This document shows positions 8,067-16,939 of a DNA stretch of 64,000 nucleotides, in pieces. The translations under genes and the position numbers were made by a program. The notes beneath the pieces are model-generated. The model saw only the letters and a program-made list of their open reading frames with translations. It was not told the DNA's origin and made no database searches. Where the stretch lies: positions 2,656,001-2,720,000 of the forward strand of contig OX638340.1 of NCBI GenBank assembly GCA_951812955.1. Direction: 5' to 3'. Source of the stretch: an uncultured Gemmatimonadota bacterium (lineage in GTDB: Bacteria > JAAXHH01). The stretch's first letter is position 1; each line of letters begins with the position of its first letter.

Positions 8067-10456
8067 TGCCCGGAAGCAAGTTCACCATAAGTCTACGGCA
8101 CATGAGCCGCCAACGGGGATATACCGCGATAAACGTCCTCGGGCTGGCCGTGGGCCTGGTCTGCGCGATCCTGATCTTCCTGTACGTGCGCTGGGAACTG
8201 AGCTACGACCGCTACCACGAAAAGGCCGACCGTATCTACCGGGTAACGCTCAACGACAGCGCCCGATCGCCCCGTGAACTGGGTCCGATACTGCAGGCCG
8301 ACTTCCCCGAAATCCAGCAGTACGCCCGATTGCTTCCCACCATTGGAACCTGGATCATGAAGTACGAAGACCGGGTTTACTATGAAAAGAACGTGTACTG
8401 GGCCAACAACGAGCTGTTCCACGTATTTGACTTTCCCCTCGTCAGAGGAGATCCCGATCATGCCCTCGTAGCACCGTACACGGCGGTGATCAGCGAGGAT
8501 ACGGCCAGGAAATATTTCGGCGAGGACGATCCCATGGGGAAGACCATAATCGCCGACAATGGCTACATGCTGCTGACCGTCACAGGCGTCATGGAGAATG
8601 TTCCGGAAAACTCCCATTTTCATCCCGAATTCCTGATATCCTTGCCTACCGGATATGACAAATTCCAATGGAGCGAGACCCCGAGAATCTGGTATAGCGA
8701 CCTTTTTTACACCTACGTCGTCATGCCTGAAGGCCATCCGCCGTTGGAGACCCAGGAGAAACTGCCCGGTTTCGTGGAGAAACACGTAGAAGCGAGTTTC
8801 CTGGAGGACATCGGCCGTTTCGAACTGACGCTGCAACCCCTCACCGATATCCACCTTCATTCCCATCTTGAAAACGAGCACGGCACGAACACCGATATCT
8901 CCTACGTGTATATCCAGTCCGCCATCGGGCTGTTCATCCTGATCATCGCTTCGGTGAATTATGTAAACCTGTCCACCGCGCAGTTCGCGCACCGGGCCCG
9001 CGAGATCGGCATGCGCAAGGTTCTGGGGGCGTCCCGGGGACAGTTGATTCGGCAATACCTGGGCGAATCGGTCCTGATGACCATCGCGGCCCTGTTGATC
9101 GCCCTGGCGGCGGTCTACTTTCTTGCGCCGTATTTCGACGCGCTGCTGGGCCTGCCGGTAACCGCGGTCCATGCGCTGCACCCCCTGTGGTGGTTCGCCA
9201 TGCCGGCCATCGCGATCCTCATCGGGCTCCTTTCGGGTGGTTACCCGGCCCTTTTGTTCTCCTCCATGCGGGTCATTCCGGGGCTCAAGGCAGCGCAGCC
9301 CTACCAGCTTGGCGGCGCGTGGTCCAGGAAGATCCTGGTCATCGCCCAGTTCGTCATTTCCATCGCGCTGATCATCGGAACGGGCATCCTGTTCAGCCAG
9401 TTGAACTTCATTCAGAACAAGAAACTGGGATTCGAAAAGGACCTGGTGATCGTGATTCCCACGGTTCAGCAGGTGGCGGTCAACTACCAGCCGTGGAAAG
9501 ATGCCCTGTTGCAGTACACCGGAGTGGACGGCGTGAGCCAGGCCATCACCCTGCCCGGCCTGTTCGGTACCATAGGCCGGATGTCGACCGGTACGATCCA
9601 GCGCGTCGAGGATCCGGACCACGTCCGGCATACCGTCCAGGGATTTCAGGCCGCCGTGGATTTCGTGGAGACGATGGGCATGGAACTGCTCGCGGGCAGG
9701 TCTCATCGCGGGTCATTCAGAAACGACACCGAAACTGAAAACATCGTGATCAACGAAGCGGCTATGCGCGTCCTGGGCTGGGAAACGCCCGAAGAGGCCA
9801 TCGGCCGGCAGGTCCGCTTCGCCAGTGGAAACATCCACACGGTAGTCGGCGTGGTCCGGGACTTTCACTTCCGTACGCTTCACCTTGCCATCGAGCCGCT
9901 CGTATTCTTTCACGGCACAGGCCTGCACCTGGTGGTCCGGATCCGACCCGAAGACATCAGTCGCACGCTGGAATTCATCGAAGGGACATGGTCCGAGTTC
10001 TTCCCCGATTTCCCCTTTGCCTATACGTTTCTCGACGAAGACATCGACCGCCTGTATCGGACAGAGGCTCGTATCGGCTACTTCTTCGGCGCATTCGCCC
10101 TGGTTGCTGTTTTCCTCACCTGCCTGGGCCTCGTCGCGCTGGTATCGTTCACGGTCGAACGGCGGACCCGGGAGATCGGCATACGCAAGGCACTGGGCGC
10201 TTCCGTGCGGCGGCTACTCGCCATGCTGTCCGCCGAGTTCGTAGGACTTGCGCTCGTTGCCAATGTCTTCGCCTGGCCTGCGGCGTGGCTGATCATGACC
10301 CGCTGGCTCGAGGATTACGCCTACCGTGTCGAGTTCGGATGGGACATATTCTTCCTTTCGGGCGGCGCAGCGGTGCTGATCACCCTGGTCACCATCGGGT
10401 ACCACGTAATCCGGACTGCGTTGGCCAACCCCGCGGACGTGTTGCGGAGTGAGTGA
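8066..10456 (+). CDS. ABC transporter permease, MacB/FtsX-type, 796 aa; paralog 3 of 4
   Basis: MPGSKFTISLRHMSRQRGYTAINVLGLAVGLVCAILIFLYV... and ...TALANPADVLRSE at the C-terminus. Same architecture as paralogs 1 and 2. Confidence 0.85.
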   Translation: MPGSKFTISLRHMSRQRGYTAINVLGLAVGLVCAILIFLYVRWELSYDRYHEKADRIYRVTLNDSARSPRELGPILQADFPEIQQYARLLPTIGTWIMKYEDRVYYEKNVYWANNELFHVFDFPLVRGDPDHALVAPYTAVISEDTARKYFGEDDPMGKTIIADNGYMLLTVTGVMENVPENSHFHPEFLISLPTGYDKFQWSETPRIWYSDLFYTYVVMPEGHPPLETQEKLPGFVEKHVEASFLEDIGRFELTLQPLTDIHLHSHLENEHGTNTDISYVYIQSAIGLFILIIASVNYVNLSTAQFAHRAREIGMRKVLGASRGQLIRQYLGESVLMTIAALLIALAAVYFLAPYFDALLGLPVTAVHALHPLWWFAMPAIAILIGLLSGGYPALLFSSMRVIPGLKAAQPYQLGGAWSRKILVIAQFVISIALIIGTGILFSQLNFIQNKKLGFEKDLVIVIPTVQQVAVNYQPWKDALLQYTGVDGVSQAITLPGLFGTIGRMSTGTIQRVEDPDHVRHTVQGFQAAVDFVETMGMELLAGRSHRGSFRNDTETENIVINEAAMRVLGWETPEEAIGRQVRFASGNIHTVVGVVRDFHFRTLHLAIEPLVFFHGTGLHLVVRIRPEDISRTLEFIEGTWSEFFPDFPFAYTFLDEDIDRLYRTEARIGYFFGAFALVAVFLTCLGLVALVSFTVERRTREIGIRKALGASVRRLLAMLSAEFVGLALVANVFAWPAAWLIMTRWLEDYAYRVEFGWDIFFLSGGAAVLITLVTIGYHVIRTALANPADVLRSE

Positions 10457-10490
10457 CGCGGAGGAAAGTATCGACTGTATGGAGGGCCGG

Positions 10491-11246
10491 ATGAGTACAT
10501 CGCAATCCTGGGACCCGGAACGTTACGCCCGTAACGCCCGGTTCGTGGCGGACCTGGGCATGCCCGTGGTCGAGCTGCTGGAACCGCAGCCGGGTGAGTG
10601 CATCCTGGACCTGGGATGTGGCGACGGGGCACTGACGGCGAAGCTCGTCGATATGGGCTGCAGCGTCGTCGGCGTGGACAGCAGCGCGGAGCAGATCGAG
10701 GCGGCCAGGCAGATTGGTCTCGACGCACACGTCATGGACGGGCATCGGCTGACTTTCGAAGACGAATTCGACGCGGTGTTCAGCAATGCGGCGCTCCACT
10801 GGATGGGCCATCCGGACGAGGTGATCGCGGGCGTGCGGCGCGCGCTCAAGCCCGGCGGGAGGTTCGTGGCTGAATGCGGCGGGCACGGGTGCGTGGACAC
10901 CATTGTAAGGGCCCTCACTGAGGCGTTGAAACGGCGCGGTCTATGGGCGGACGGGATCAATCCGTGGTATTTTCCAACGGACGAGGAGTATCGCGAACGG
11001 TTGATCCGGCAAGGATTCGACGTGAAGTACATCGCGCTTATCCCCCGGCCCACCCCGCTTCCGGGCGACATCGGAGGCTGGCTGGAGACCTTCGCCGAAA
11101 ACTTCACGTCTCGGGTGCCCGAGGCGGAACGTCCCGCGTTTCTCGAAGAGGTCCGGGAAGCGATGAGGCCGAAGTTGTGCGATGCAGAGGGAGCGTGGAC
11201 GGCGGACTATATTCGGCTGAGGTTTAAGGCGGTGAAGGAGGGTTAG
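10491..11246 (+). CDS. Class I SAM-dependent methyltransferase, trans-aconitate methyltransferase (Tam)-like
   Basis: SWDPERYARNARF...ILDLGCGDGALT (SAM motif I)...FDAVFSNAALHWM matches the Tam-family pattern. GGAGGG sits 5 nt upstream of the ATG at 10491. The track ORF from 10449 overlaps the upstream gene's stop. Confidence 0.7.
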   Translation: MSTSQSWDPERYARNARFVADLGMPVVELLEPQPGECILDLGCGDGALTAKLVDMGCSVVGVDSSAEQIEAARQIGLDAHVMDGHRLTFEDEFDAVFSNAALHWMGHPDEVIAGVRRALKPGGRFVAECGGHGCVDTIVRALTEALKRRGLWADGINPWYFPTDEEYRERLIRQGFDVKYIALIPRPTPLPGDIGGWLETFAENFTSRVPEAERPAFLEEVREAMRPKLCDAEGAWTADYIRLRFKAVKEG

Positions 11247-11341
11247 ATTTGAAATCGTCAGATGCCGGCGCGGCACCTGTTTAAGTGTCCGGTGATTAAT
11301 TCGAAGTGCGATTCCAACAACATGGGAAAGGACAGTAAATC

Positions 11342-11764
11342 ATGTCTCCAAATAACGCATCATTAGATTCGGAATTGGTTCAACGATTCGTTTCCGACGC
11401 CCATAGAGATTTCGATAGTGTCAAGGATATGGTCGAAAAGGAACCCAAGTTGGTCAACGCCTGCTGGGACTGGGGTGGCGGTGACTGGGAAACCGGGCTC
11501 GGTGCCGCCGCGCACACGGGAAGCAGGGATATTGCGGAGTATCTGCTGCAAAAAGGGGCGCGCATAGATCTGTACGCTGCGGCTATGTTGGGCAAGCTGA
11601 GCGTCGTGCAGGCTATTCTTGAAGACAATCCATCTGAAAAAGACAAGCCGGGTCCCCACGGGATTAAGCTCATGACCCACGCGAAAAAGGGAGGTAAGGA
11701 AGCCGCGGAGGTCGTTAAGTTGCTGCAGTCCCTCAACAAGAAACCGAAGTCTAAGGAGAAGTAA
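11342..11764 (+). CDS. Ankyrin-repeat protein, 140 aa, in a lower-GC patch
   Basis: GLGAAAHTGSRDIAEYLLQKGARIDLYAAAMLGKLSVVQAIL fits the ankyrin consensus (G-TPLH-AA--GH---V--LL--GA). Visibly lower GC than the flanks. Confidence 0.65.
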   Translation: MSPNNASLDSELVQRFVSDAHRDFDSVKDMVEKEPKLVNACWDWGGGDWETGLGAAAHTGSRDIAEYLLQKGARIDLYAAAMLGKLSVVQAILEDNPSEKDKPGPHGIKLMTHAKKGGKEAAEVVKLLQSLNKKPKSKEK

Positions 11765-11768
11765 CGAA

Positions 11769-12131
11769 TTGCCGAGACCCACGCAGACTCATTCGACGGA
11801 ACGCGATGGCAAGCGGTACATCTGGTATACGGAACGCCTGTGGAAACTGGCGAAGGATCTTCCGGAATACGAGGTGGAAGTGGAGCGTTTCGCGGAGTTG
11901 GACCGCGACTGCTGGTTCGGAGAAGGCAGGACGCCAACAATTCGTCAGGTGGCTGCCCACTGCCGTCGGATTAACGAGGCCGACCCCGAAATCCCTGTCA
12001 TCGTCAACGACAACGGACGGCTGATGGACGGTGGTCACCGCCTTGCGCGCGCCCTGCTCGAAGGGCGAGAGACCGTGAAGGCGGTACAATTTGTGGAGAT
12101 GCCGGCGCCGGACGAGGTGGAGGAGTTGTGA
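11769..12131 (+). CDS. ParB/sulfiredoxin-like nuclease-domain protein, 120 aa (TTG start)
   Basis: PVIVNDNGRLMDGGHRLARALLEGRETVKAV resembles the ParB N-terminal domain core (DG-HR--AA---G). RBS AAGGAGAAG lies 9 nt upstream of the TTG. Confidence 0.45.
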   Translation: MPRPTQTHSTERDGKRYIWYTERLWKLAKDLPEYEVEVERFAELDRDCWFGEGRTPTIRQVAAHCRRINEADPEIPVIVNDNGRLMDGGHRLARALLEGRETVKAVQFVEMPAPDEVEEL

Positions 12132-12485
12132 TGCGGAGTTGGTCTGAATGTTTATACAAGCCTATCGGACGCTTACAGATCTGATCTACTAAAAACCGGA
12201 CTATTAGTACATTGGTCCAGGCCTATACTCATTACCCCATCTGCTCCTGTGAATGTGCGAACTGCTCCGCCACAAACCGAGCATATGATGTAGAGCTACA
12301 AGTTAATGATGTCGTGAAATCACACGTGAATAATGTTGTTTATCTTCTTTGGTGAAAGCTGATAGGGGCGGACCCGCGTGGCGGAGGGCCAAAAGTAACA
12401 GGAGCTCTTGCACAGGAACGGTGCCGGCGTGTAAACCAGAAAGCGTAAGTCTGCCCCTCCCAGGCGAGCCCCCAACTGGTCCAGA

Positions 12486-13601
12486 CTACCCCATCCTCAA
12501 ACCGCGGTCCTCAAGCGGCAGATCAACGCGAACGTTTCCCCTGCGGTGAGATTCCCTTAAGGCAATGGCGATTTCGAGGGCTTCGCGGCCGAACTCGCCG
12601 GGACAGGTCGTCTCCCTTCCATCTTCGATCGAACGGCACACACCCTCGATGGCGTCGACCATGGAGCTCCTGGGATGCCAGGGTCCGGGCAGGTGCGTCT
12701 GGGTAGGTGCGCCGGTTTCGGGGTGAGGCGTCCATAGCTCGAACTGGGCATGGGAATTCCGGGATACGATGCGGCCGGTTTCGCCGATGAACTCGAGGGA
12801 CCAGGAGTAAAGCAGGGATTCGGACCGGGAGTTCAGGATGGTGCGGATTCCGTTTTCGTATACAATTATCCCCGATCCGGGGATGTCGCCCTCTGAAGCG
12901 GCCTGGTCGTCTGTATCGATCAGACCGACTACCCACCGGGCGGGCGCACCGGCGAATAGACGCAGCAGGGCCAGGGTGTGGCTCTGGATGTTGGACAGCG
13001 TGGAGTGGCTGTGGCAGACCATGCTCTTCAATGGTCCAATGGCGCCTTCGGCGATGAGCCTGCGCGCCGTCGTGTAATAGCTGTACCAGTTGAGATGGCA
13101 GGCCATGGCGAGGATGACGCCGTGCCTGGCGCAGGCATCGATCATGGCATCGGCTTCGGCCAGCGTGCGGCACATGGGCTTCGTGGCAAAAATGGCCTTA
13201 ACCCCCAGTTCGGCCAATCCCACCGTGATCTCCGTGCGCGGCTCGGGCCGGGTGGTCAGGCAGACCAAGTCGATCGCTTCCTTTTCAACCATCTCCCGAT
13301 AGTCGGTGTAGAGGGCCGAAACGCCCCAGCGCCGCTTGAAATCCTCGAGTTTGGCGGGATCCTCGTCCGCCGCGGCGACGAGATCGATCCCCCGCGCCTC
13401 CATCATGGCGGGCGCGTGCGCCCAGGGCCAGGGGTAATGGGGCTGACCGACATGTTCGTCGTCGATGGTGCTGCCCATCCTTCCGCATCCGACCACGGCG
13501 CCCCGGTAGGTATGCTTTGGCGCTGTGTCCTCTACGGCCTGGAAGGCTTCATCGTTGGATTCGGGCATGGGGGACATTCCTTCTTCTGTCTTGCCAGTCA
13601 C
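12486..13601 (-). CDS. Gfo/Idh/MocA-family NAD(P)-dependent oxidoreductase
   Basis: N-terminal Rossmann motif YRGAVVGCGRMGS. Overall pattern matches the family. Sits 33 nt downstream of the nitrile hydratase accessory gene on the same strand. Confidence 0.7.
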   Translation of the reverse strand: MTGKTEEGMSPMPESNDEAFQAVEDTAPKHTYRGAVVGCGRMGSTIDDEHVGQPHYPWPWAHAPAMMEARGIDLVAAADEDPAKLEDFKRRWGVSALYTDYREMVEKEAIDLVCLTTRPEPRTEITVGLAELGVKAIFATKPMCRTLAEADAMIDACARHGVILAMACHLNWYSYYTTARRLIAEGAIGPLKSMVCHSHSTLSNIQSHTLALLRLFAGAPARWVVGLIDTDDQAASEGDIPGSGIIVYENGIRTILNSRSESLLYSWSLEFIGETGRIVSRNSHAQFELWTPHPETGAPTQTHLPGPWHPRSSMVDAIEGVCRSIEDGRETTCPGEFGREALEIAIALRESHRRGNVRVDLPLEDRGLRMG

Positions 13602-13634
13602 CGGTCAGAGAGAACCGTGCTTACCAAGTGGAAC

Positions 13635-14033
13635 CTATTTGGAAGAAATGCGCTGCGAGGTATGGTTTGGCCCGAGTTCGACCGGTTTGCCGTGCGGCGT
13701 GTTCAGATACGCCCTTCGCCATGCGTCCTTGCGGTTCGACGCTTCCGCCTGAGACACGAGCCCGCGCGCTCTGCAGAAGCGCTCAAGGGCCCGGAGCCAG
13801 TGCCGGTAATACGTATTGCCCTGGTCGGGGTCGCCCTCCCGCTGTGCCGCACGTATCTCCTCGCTCAGCGTGGCGGCCCACTCGCCCCACGTGAAGTAAC
13901 CTTCGCCGGAGAGACGCACCGCGAGCGCGAACGCCGATGCCTCCCATGGCGCGGCGAACACCGGCGAGCCATCGTCCCCAAGCGGTATGTCTCCCAGCCC
14001 ATGCGTGACGCCGGGCAGTTGCGAGTCTGTCAC
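13635..14033 (-). CDS. Nitrile hydratase accessory/activator protein (beta-subunit homolog, P14K-like), 132 aa
   Basis: SPVFAAPWEASAFALAVRL...GYFTWGEWAATL resembles the N-terminal region of NHase beta. The size matches the ~14 kDa accessory proteins of Co-type NHases. The ATG overlaps the beta-subunit stop (ATGA). Confidence 0.6.
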   Translation of the reverse strand: MTDSQLPGVTHGLGDIPLGDDGSPVFAAPWEASAFALAVRLSGEGYFTWGEWAATLSEEIRAAQREGDPDQGNTYYRHWLRALERFCRARGLVSQAEASNRKDAWRRAYLNTPHGKPVELGPNHTSQRISSK

Positions 14034-14701
14034 GGTTCAGGCTCCAGGTACGATTCCCAGAGGTCGACGTATACGGCGCTGTTCAAGTTGGCCGATTCCC
14101 CCCACAGATCACGCCCCTCGAAGCGAACGTTGTAGAGATGCCTTCCCTCGTCCACGCCCTGGGCGCTCAGGTCTGGGTACACCTGTGACCCGTAGTGCTC
14201 CCGCACGATCCCCGTGTGGCCTCGAACATAACGCGGTGCGCGTGTGTGCCCGCTTGGGTGGCGGTTGATTGCGCGCACACGGTCGCCGGGCGTAAAGCGG
14301 GCCGGGCCGGGCGCGGGCCGGACGTAGCTCGCAGTCATGTAGGGAGCCCCCAGCACCTGTTCGGCATGCACGACCCGTTCCATGATGTATTCCGGCACGG
14401 GGGTCGCCGCCCTTCCGGTCTGCAATTCCTCTTCGGAAACGAGGCCGGACCTGACCAGTTGCTTCTGTATACCCGCGAACCAATTCTCGTAGTATGAGTT
14501 GGCGAGATATTCGGCAGGAGGCAACTGCTCCCTGTTGTGGCGGGACATGTCGATGTTCCACAGTCCCAGAAGCCCGATAAGACGGACGATGCCGTACACC
14601 CGGCTCTCCCATTCCTCGTGGAAGACCGGCTCCTCGGACTCCGGTTCAGGTTGCACCGGTCCGAACCCCTTCATCCCGCCCAGGTCGTGTACGCCCTTCA
14701 T
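14030..14701 (-). CDS. Nitrile hydratase beta subunit
   Basis: Starts [16 protein letters not shown]...[16 protein letters not shown]...[12 protein letters not shown] and ends ...[29 protein letters not shown]. Collinear with known NHase beta subunits. The ATG overlaps the alpha-subunit stop (ATGA). Confidence 0.85.
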   Translation of the reverse strand: MKGVHDLGGMKGFGPVQPEPESEEPVFHEEWESRVYGIVRLIGLLGLWNIDMSRHNREQLPPAEYLANSYYENWFAGIQKQLVRSGLVSEEELQTGRAATPVPEYIMERVVHAEQVLGAPYMTASYVRPAPGPARFTPGDRVRAINRHPSGHTRAPRYVRGHTGIVREHYGSQVYPDLSAQGVDEGRHLYNVRFEGRDLWGESANLNSAVYVDLWESYLEPEP

Positions 14702-15333
14702 GGTTTGCCGCCTTGCGCTGCCGGTTGCCGCGCCTCCTCGACTCCGATCATGGCGTTGCGCGTCACGAGTTCCATGAGTTCCTCTTCGCTCCATCCCTCC
14801 GTGCCTTCGGGTCGCTGCGGCAGCACGAGGTAGCGCATCTCAGAGGTGGAATCCCATACGCGCACCTCTTTCCGATCGGCAATCTCCGAACCGAACTGCC
14901 TGATCACGCCTCGCGGATCGATGACGGCCTGCGCTCTGTATGGCGCGGACTTGTACCAGACGGGCGGCAGGCCAAGGAGCGGCCACGGGTAGCAGGAGCA
15001 GAGCGTACAGACGACGAGGTTGTGTACGTCGTCCGTGTTTGCCACGACACGCATCTGCTCGCCCTGCGCCCCCACGTAGCCCATCGATGCGATGGCGGCA
15101 TCCGGGTCGTCAAGCAGCCACCGCCTGTACGCTTCGTCCGACCAGGCATGCGCAACGACGTGCTTGCCGTTCGCCGGACCGATCTTGTCCTGGTACAGGT
15201 CAATGAGCGCGTCCAGCGCCTCCGGATCGACGAGGCCTTTCTCCACGAGCAGTGACTCGAGCGCTTTCACGCGCAACTCGATATCCGGGGGCGGCTCCGT
15301 GTGGTCTTGATGGTGCCGGTGATCGATGGCCAT
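14698..15333 (-). CDS. Nitrile hydratase alpha subunit, cobalt-type
   Basis: The metal-binding motif [22 protein letters not shown] has the Co-type Thr/Tyr signature (C-T-L-C-S-C-Y). The downstream sequence is collinear with Pseudonocardia-type Co-NHase alpha. Confidence 0.9.
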   Translation of the reverse strand: MAIDHRHHQDHTEPPPDIELRVKALESLLVEKGLVDPEALDALIDLYQDKIGPANGKHVVAHAWSDEAYRRWLLDDPDAAIASMGYVGAQGEQMRVVANTDDVHNLVVCTLCSCYPWPLLGLPPVWYKSAPYRAQAVIDPRGVIRQFGSEIADRKEVRVWDSTSEMRYLVLPQRPEGTEGWSEEELMELVTRNAMIGVEEARQPAAQGGKP

Positions 15334-15365
15334 GGCGTTCTTCTCCCGCTCGGGAAGCTCCGGTG

Positions 15366-15578
15366 TCAGCGGTCAATCTGATGGTCGTCGGAAATCCGGA
15401 GATGTCCTTCGTCCCTACCCAGGTGGGTATTCCTATCGTGCATTTCGATTCGAACCTCGGAGAACTTTACGTTCATTTCAGTTCGTAACTCTTCAATATC
15501 GTCTCGCAGGGAGGCGATGTCCTTCCGGATAGCAATGGTAGAACGCCCCATGAAGGTCAGGATCGCCACGACCAGCAC
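15366..15578 (-). CDS. Small hypothetical protein (repeat copy A): hydrophobic N-terminus plus charged coiled-coil-like C-terminus (...[32 protein letters not shown]...)
   Basis: ORF with a GTG start, immediately upstream of NHase alpha. Its 3' half is 100% identical over 67 bp to a second copy at ~17000-17170. The coding status is uncertain. Confidence 0.3.
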   Translation of the reverse strand: MLVVAILTFMGRSTIAIRKDIASLRDDIEELRTEMNVKFSEVRIEMHDRNTHLGRDEGHLRISDDHQIDR

Positions 15579-15600
15579 ACCACGGCTGTGATCCCCTGCA
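15380..15600. repeat. Direct repeat copy A (~220 bp) containing the 67-bp core ccctacccaggtgggtattcctatcgtgcatttcgattcgaacctcggagaactttacgttcatttc
   Basis: Identical 67-mer found at 15408-15474 and again at ~17005-17071. The flanks are ~75% similar, with 1-nt indels. Confidence 0.85.
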
Positions 15601-15683
15601 TTTACTAACCTGTGTTTTCCGTATTTAAAAGCATTATATCATGTTTTTGACTTTATGATGGAGACTTCGGAAAGTATTCCCTT

Positions 15684-16781
15684 TTACGCCTCGGTTAAAC
15701 TCAAATCCGTGATTGCTGCAATAAATCTCTCGGACACTGCTCGTGCGAGTCTGTTTTCTCGGTCATTTTCCGGATTCAAAGAAGCTACCATAAGTACAGC
15801 CTGGATAAAATAACGTAGCATGGCGAGACGGTAGTCTTTCCAGCAATCATCCAAGGTGTATCCTCTGACTCCATTGGCCTTCAGGGTTTCATGGTAGAAT
15901 TTAAGGAGTTGGCGTTCTTCGGCTTGTCGTTTTGGTGTGGTTTTTAAACATCCACCGATATACCATGCGATATCCGAAACGCCCTCTCCGCACGATACGT
16001 CCTGCCAGTCGATCACGGCGAAGCCCGGCTCTCCAAGAGAAGCACCAAAAAACACGTTCTCCAAACGAAAATCTCCGTGAACCATGGTTCTCGGCGGTTT
16101 ACCCAATTGGGATTCATTTTTTAACTTCTCGGGTAATTGTTTTCCAAATGTCTTGACTGCATCCGTCATCAAGTCTTCAGTTTTATCGGCAAAGACTGGA
16201 AAAGCTTCTTTATACTGATCAAGGATCCAATTCGAAACAGCGTCAGAATCCTTCGGCGAATTCGCCAGCCAATCAAACGCTTCGAGTCTTTTGTTTTCCC
16301 ACCAATAGGCGTGAAACCTGGCTATTTCGTGGAGAGCATGTGCCGTCTCTTTCATTGTACTTCCACTGATTTGATCTCCAACTTTCGCGGGAGCAAGGTC
16401 TTCAAGAATCCTGATGTACTTTCCATGAGTAACACTCATCGCACTGAAATAACAGAGGGGTGTGCGAAGGGGTATCTCGCTGGCAATTTGCTGATAAAAC
16501 AAAATCTCGCACTTATCTGGTGTAGGTAGACGCGTTTTTGCTCGTAGAGGCTCATCTGGTGCATGTAGTTTGGCAATCAGCTTTTTGGGCAGTTCTGATT
16601 GAGGTTGATTAAAGCCAAGGTGCAAGCGTGCTAACTGTCCGTCACAAGTCAATTCTGCAATCGGCTCGATACGAAGCGAGGCTATACCGACATTCGAAAA
16701 CGTATTTGTTGAAACTAGTGCTGCGGTGAGCCAATGAGATGTTATATCCAGAGGTGTATTGGGAATACTCAAAAGAGTCAT
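15684..16781 (-). CDS. Phosphotransferase-family protein (APH/choline-kinase/EcKL-like kinase fold), 365 aa, lower GC
   Basis: Brenner motif MVHGDFRLENVFF (HxDxxxxN) and FAVIDWQD (DxD-like). HAYWWE is shared with the paralog at 56166-57263. AT-richer than the surroundings. Confidence 0.75.
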   Translation of the reverse strand: MTLLSIPNTPLDITSHWLTAALVSTNTFSNVGIASLRIEPIAELTCDGQLARLHLGFNQPQSELPKKLIAKLHAPDEPLRAKTRLPTPDKCEILFYQQIASEIPLRTPLCYFSAMSVTHGKYIRILEDLAPAKVGDQISGSTMKETAHALHEIARFHAYWWENKRLEAFDWLANSPKDSDAVSNWILDQYKEAFPVFADKTEDLMTDAVKTFGKQLPEKLKNESQLGKPPRTMVHGDFRLENVFFGASLGEPGFAVIDWQDVSCGEGVSDIAWYIGGCLKTTPKRQAEERQLLKFYHETLKANGVRGYTLDDCWKDYRLAMLRYFIQAVLMVASLNPENDRENRLARAVSERFIAAITDLSLTEA

Positions 16782-16939
16782 CAGAATTCCAGCCGCCTAG
16801 ATGTAGCCGAATAACGAGCACGCTTACTACATCAGTGTTCGAGAGGAATAACCAGTAATGAGTTACAGGTTTATGATATGGCGGTGCCAATTACACAGAA
16901 CTACAGACTCAAACAACGGCGCTGAGATCACCGTTCGCC

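Noticed and set aside
8093-9706. 537-aa ORF on the minus strand, opposite FtsX permease paralog 3. Many similar long antisense ORFs exist, e.g. 1068-2057, 2196-2996, 2414-3922, 3006-4025, 5341-6516, 6986-7894, 19260-20063, 20893-21855, 33335-34054, 37389-38429, 38748-39527, 39693-40484, 40802-41674, 41804-42802, 43316-44029, 45863-46732, 47028-48299, 48437-49174, 57194-57973, 57571-58713, 58427-60010, 60671-61420 and 61583-62665
   Set aside because: High-GC genomes generate long stop-free antisense frames. These translate to Arg/Gly/Pro/Ala-rich low-complexity sequence with no motifs. Each lies fully inside a strongly supported gene on the other strand.
12349-12549. 66-aa ORF in the 354-bp convergent spacer
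   Set aside because: It has no RBS, a Pro/Arg/Ser-rich translation, and overlaps the 3' end of the oxidoreductase gene. I also checked this spacer by eye for tmRNA, RNase P, SRP, cobalamin and TPP features and found none of the conserved boxes.
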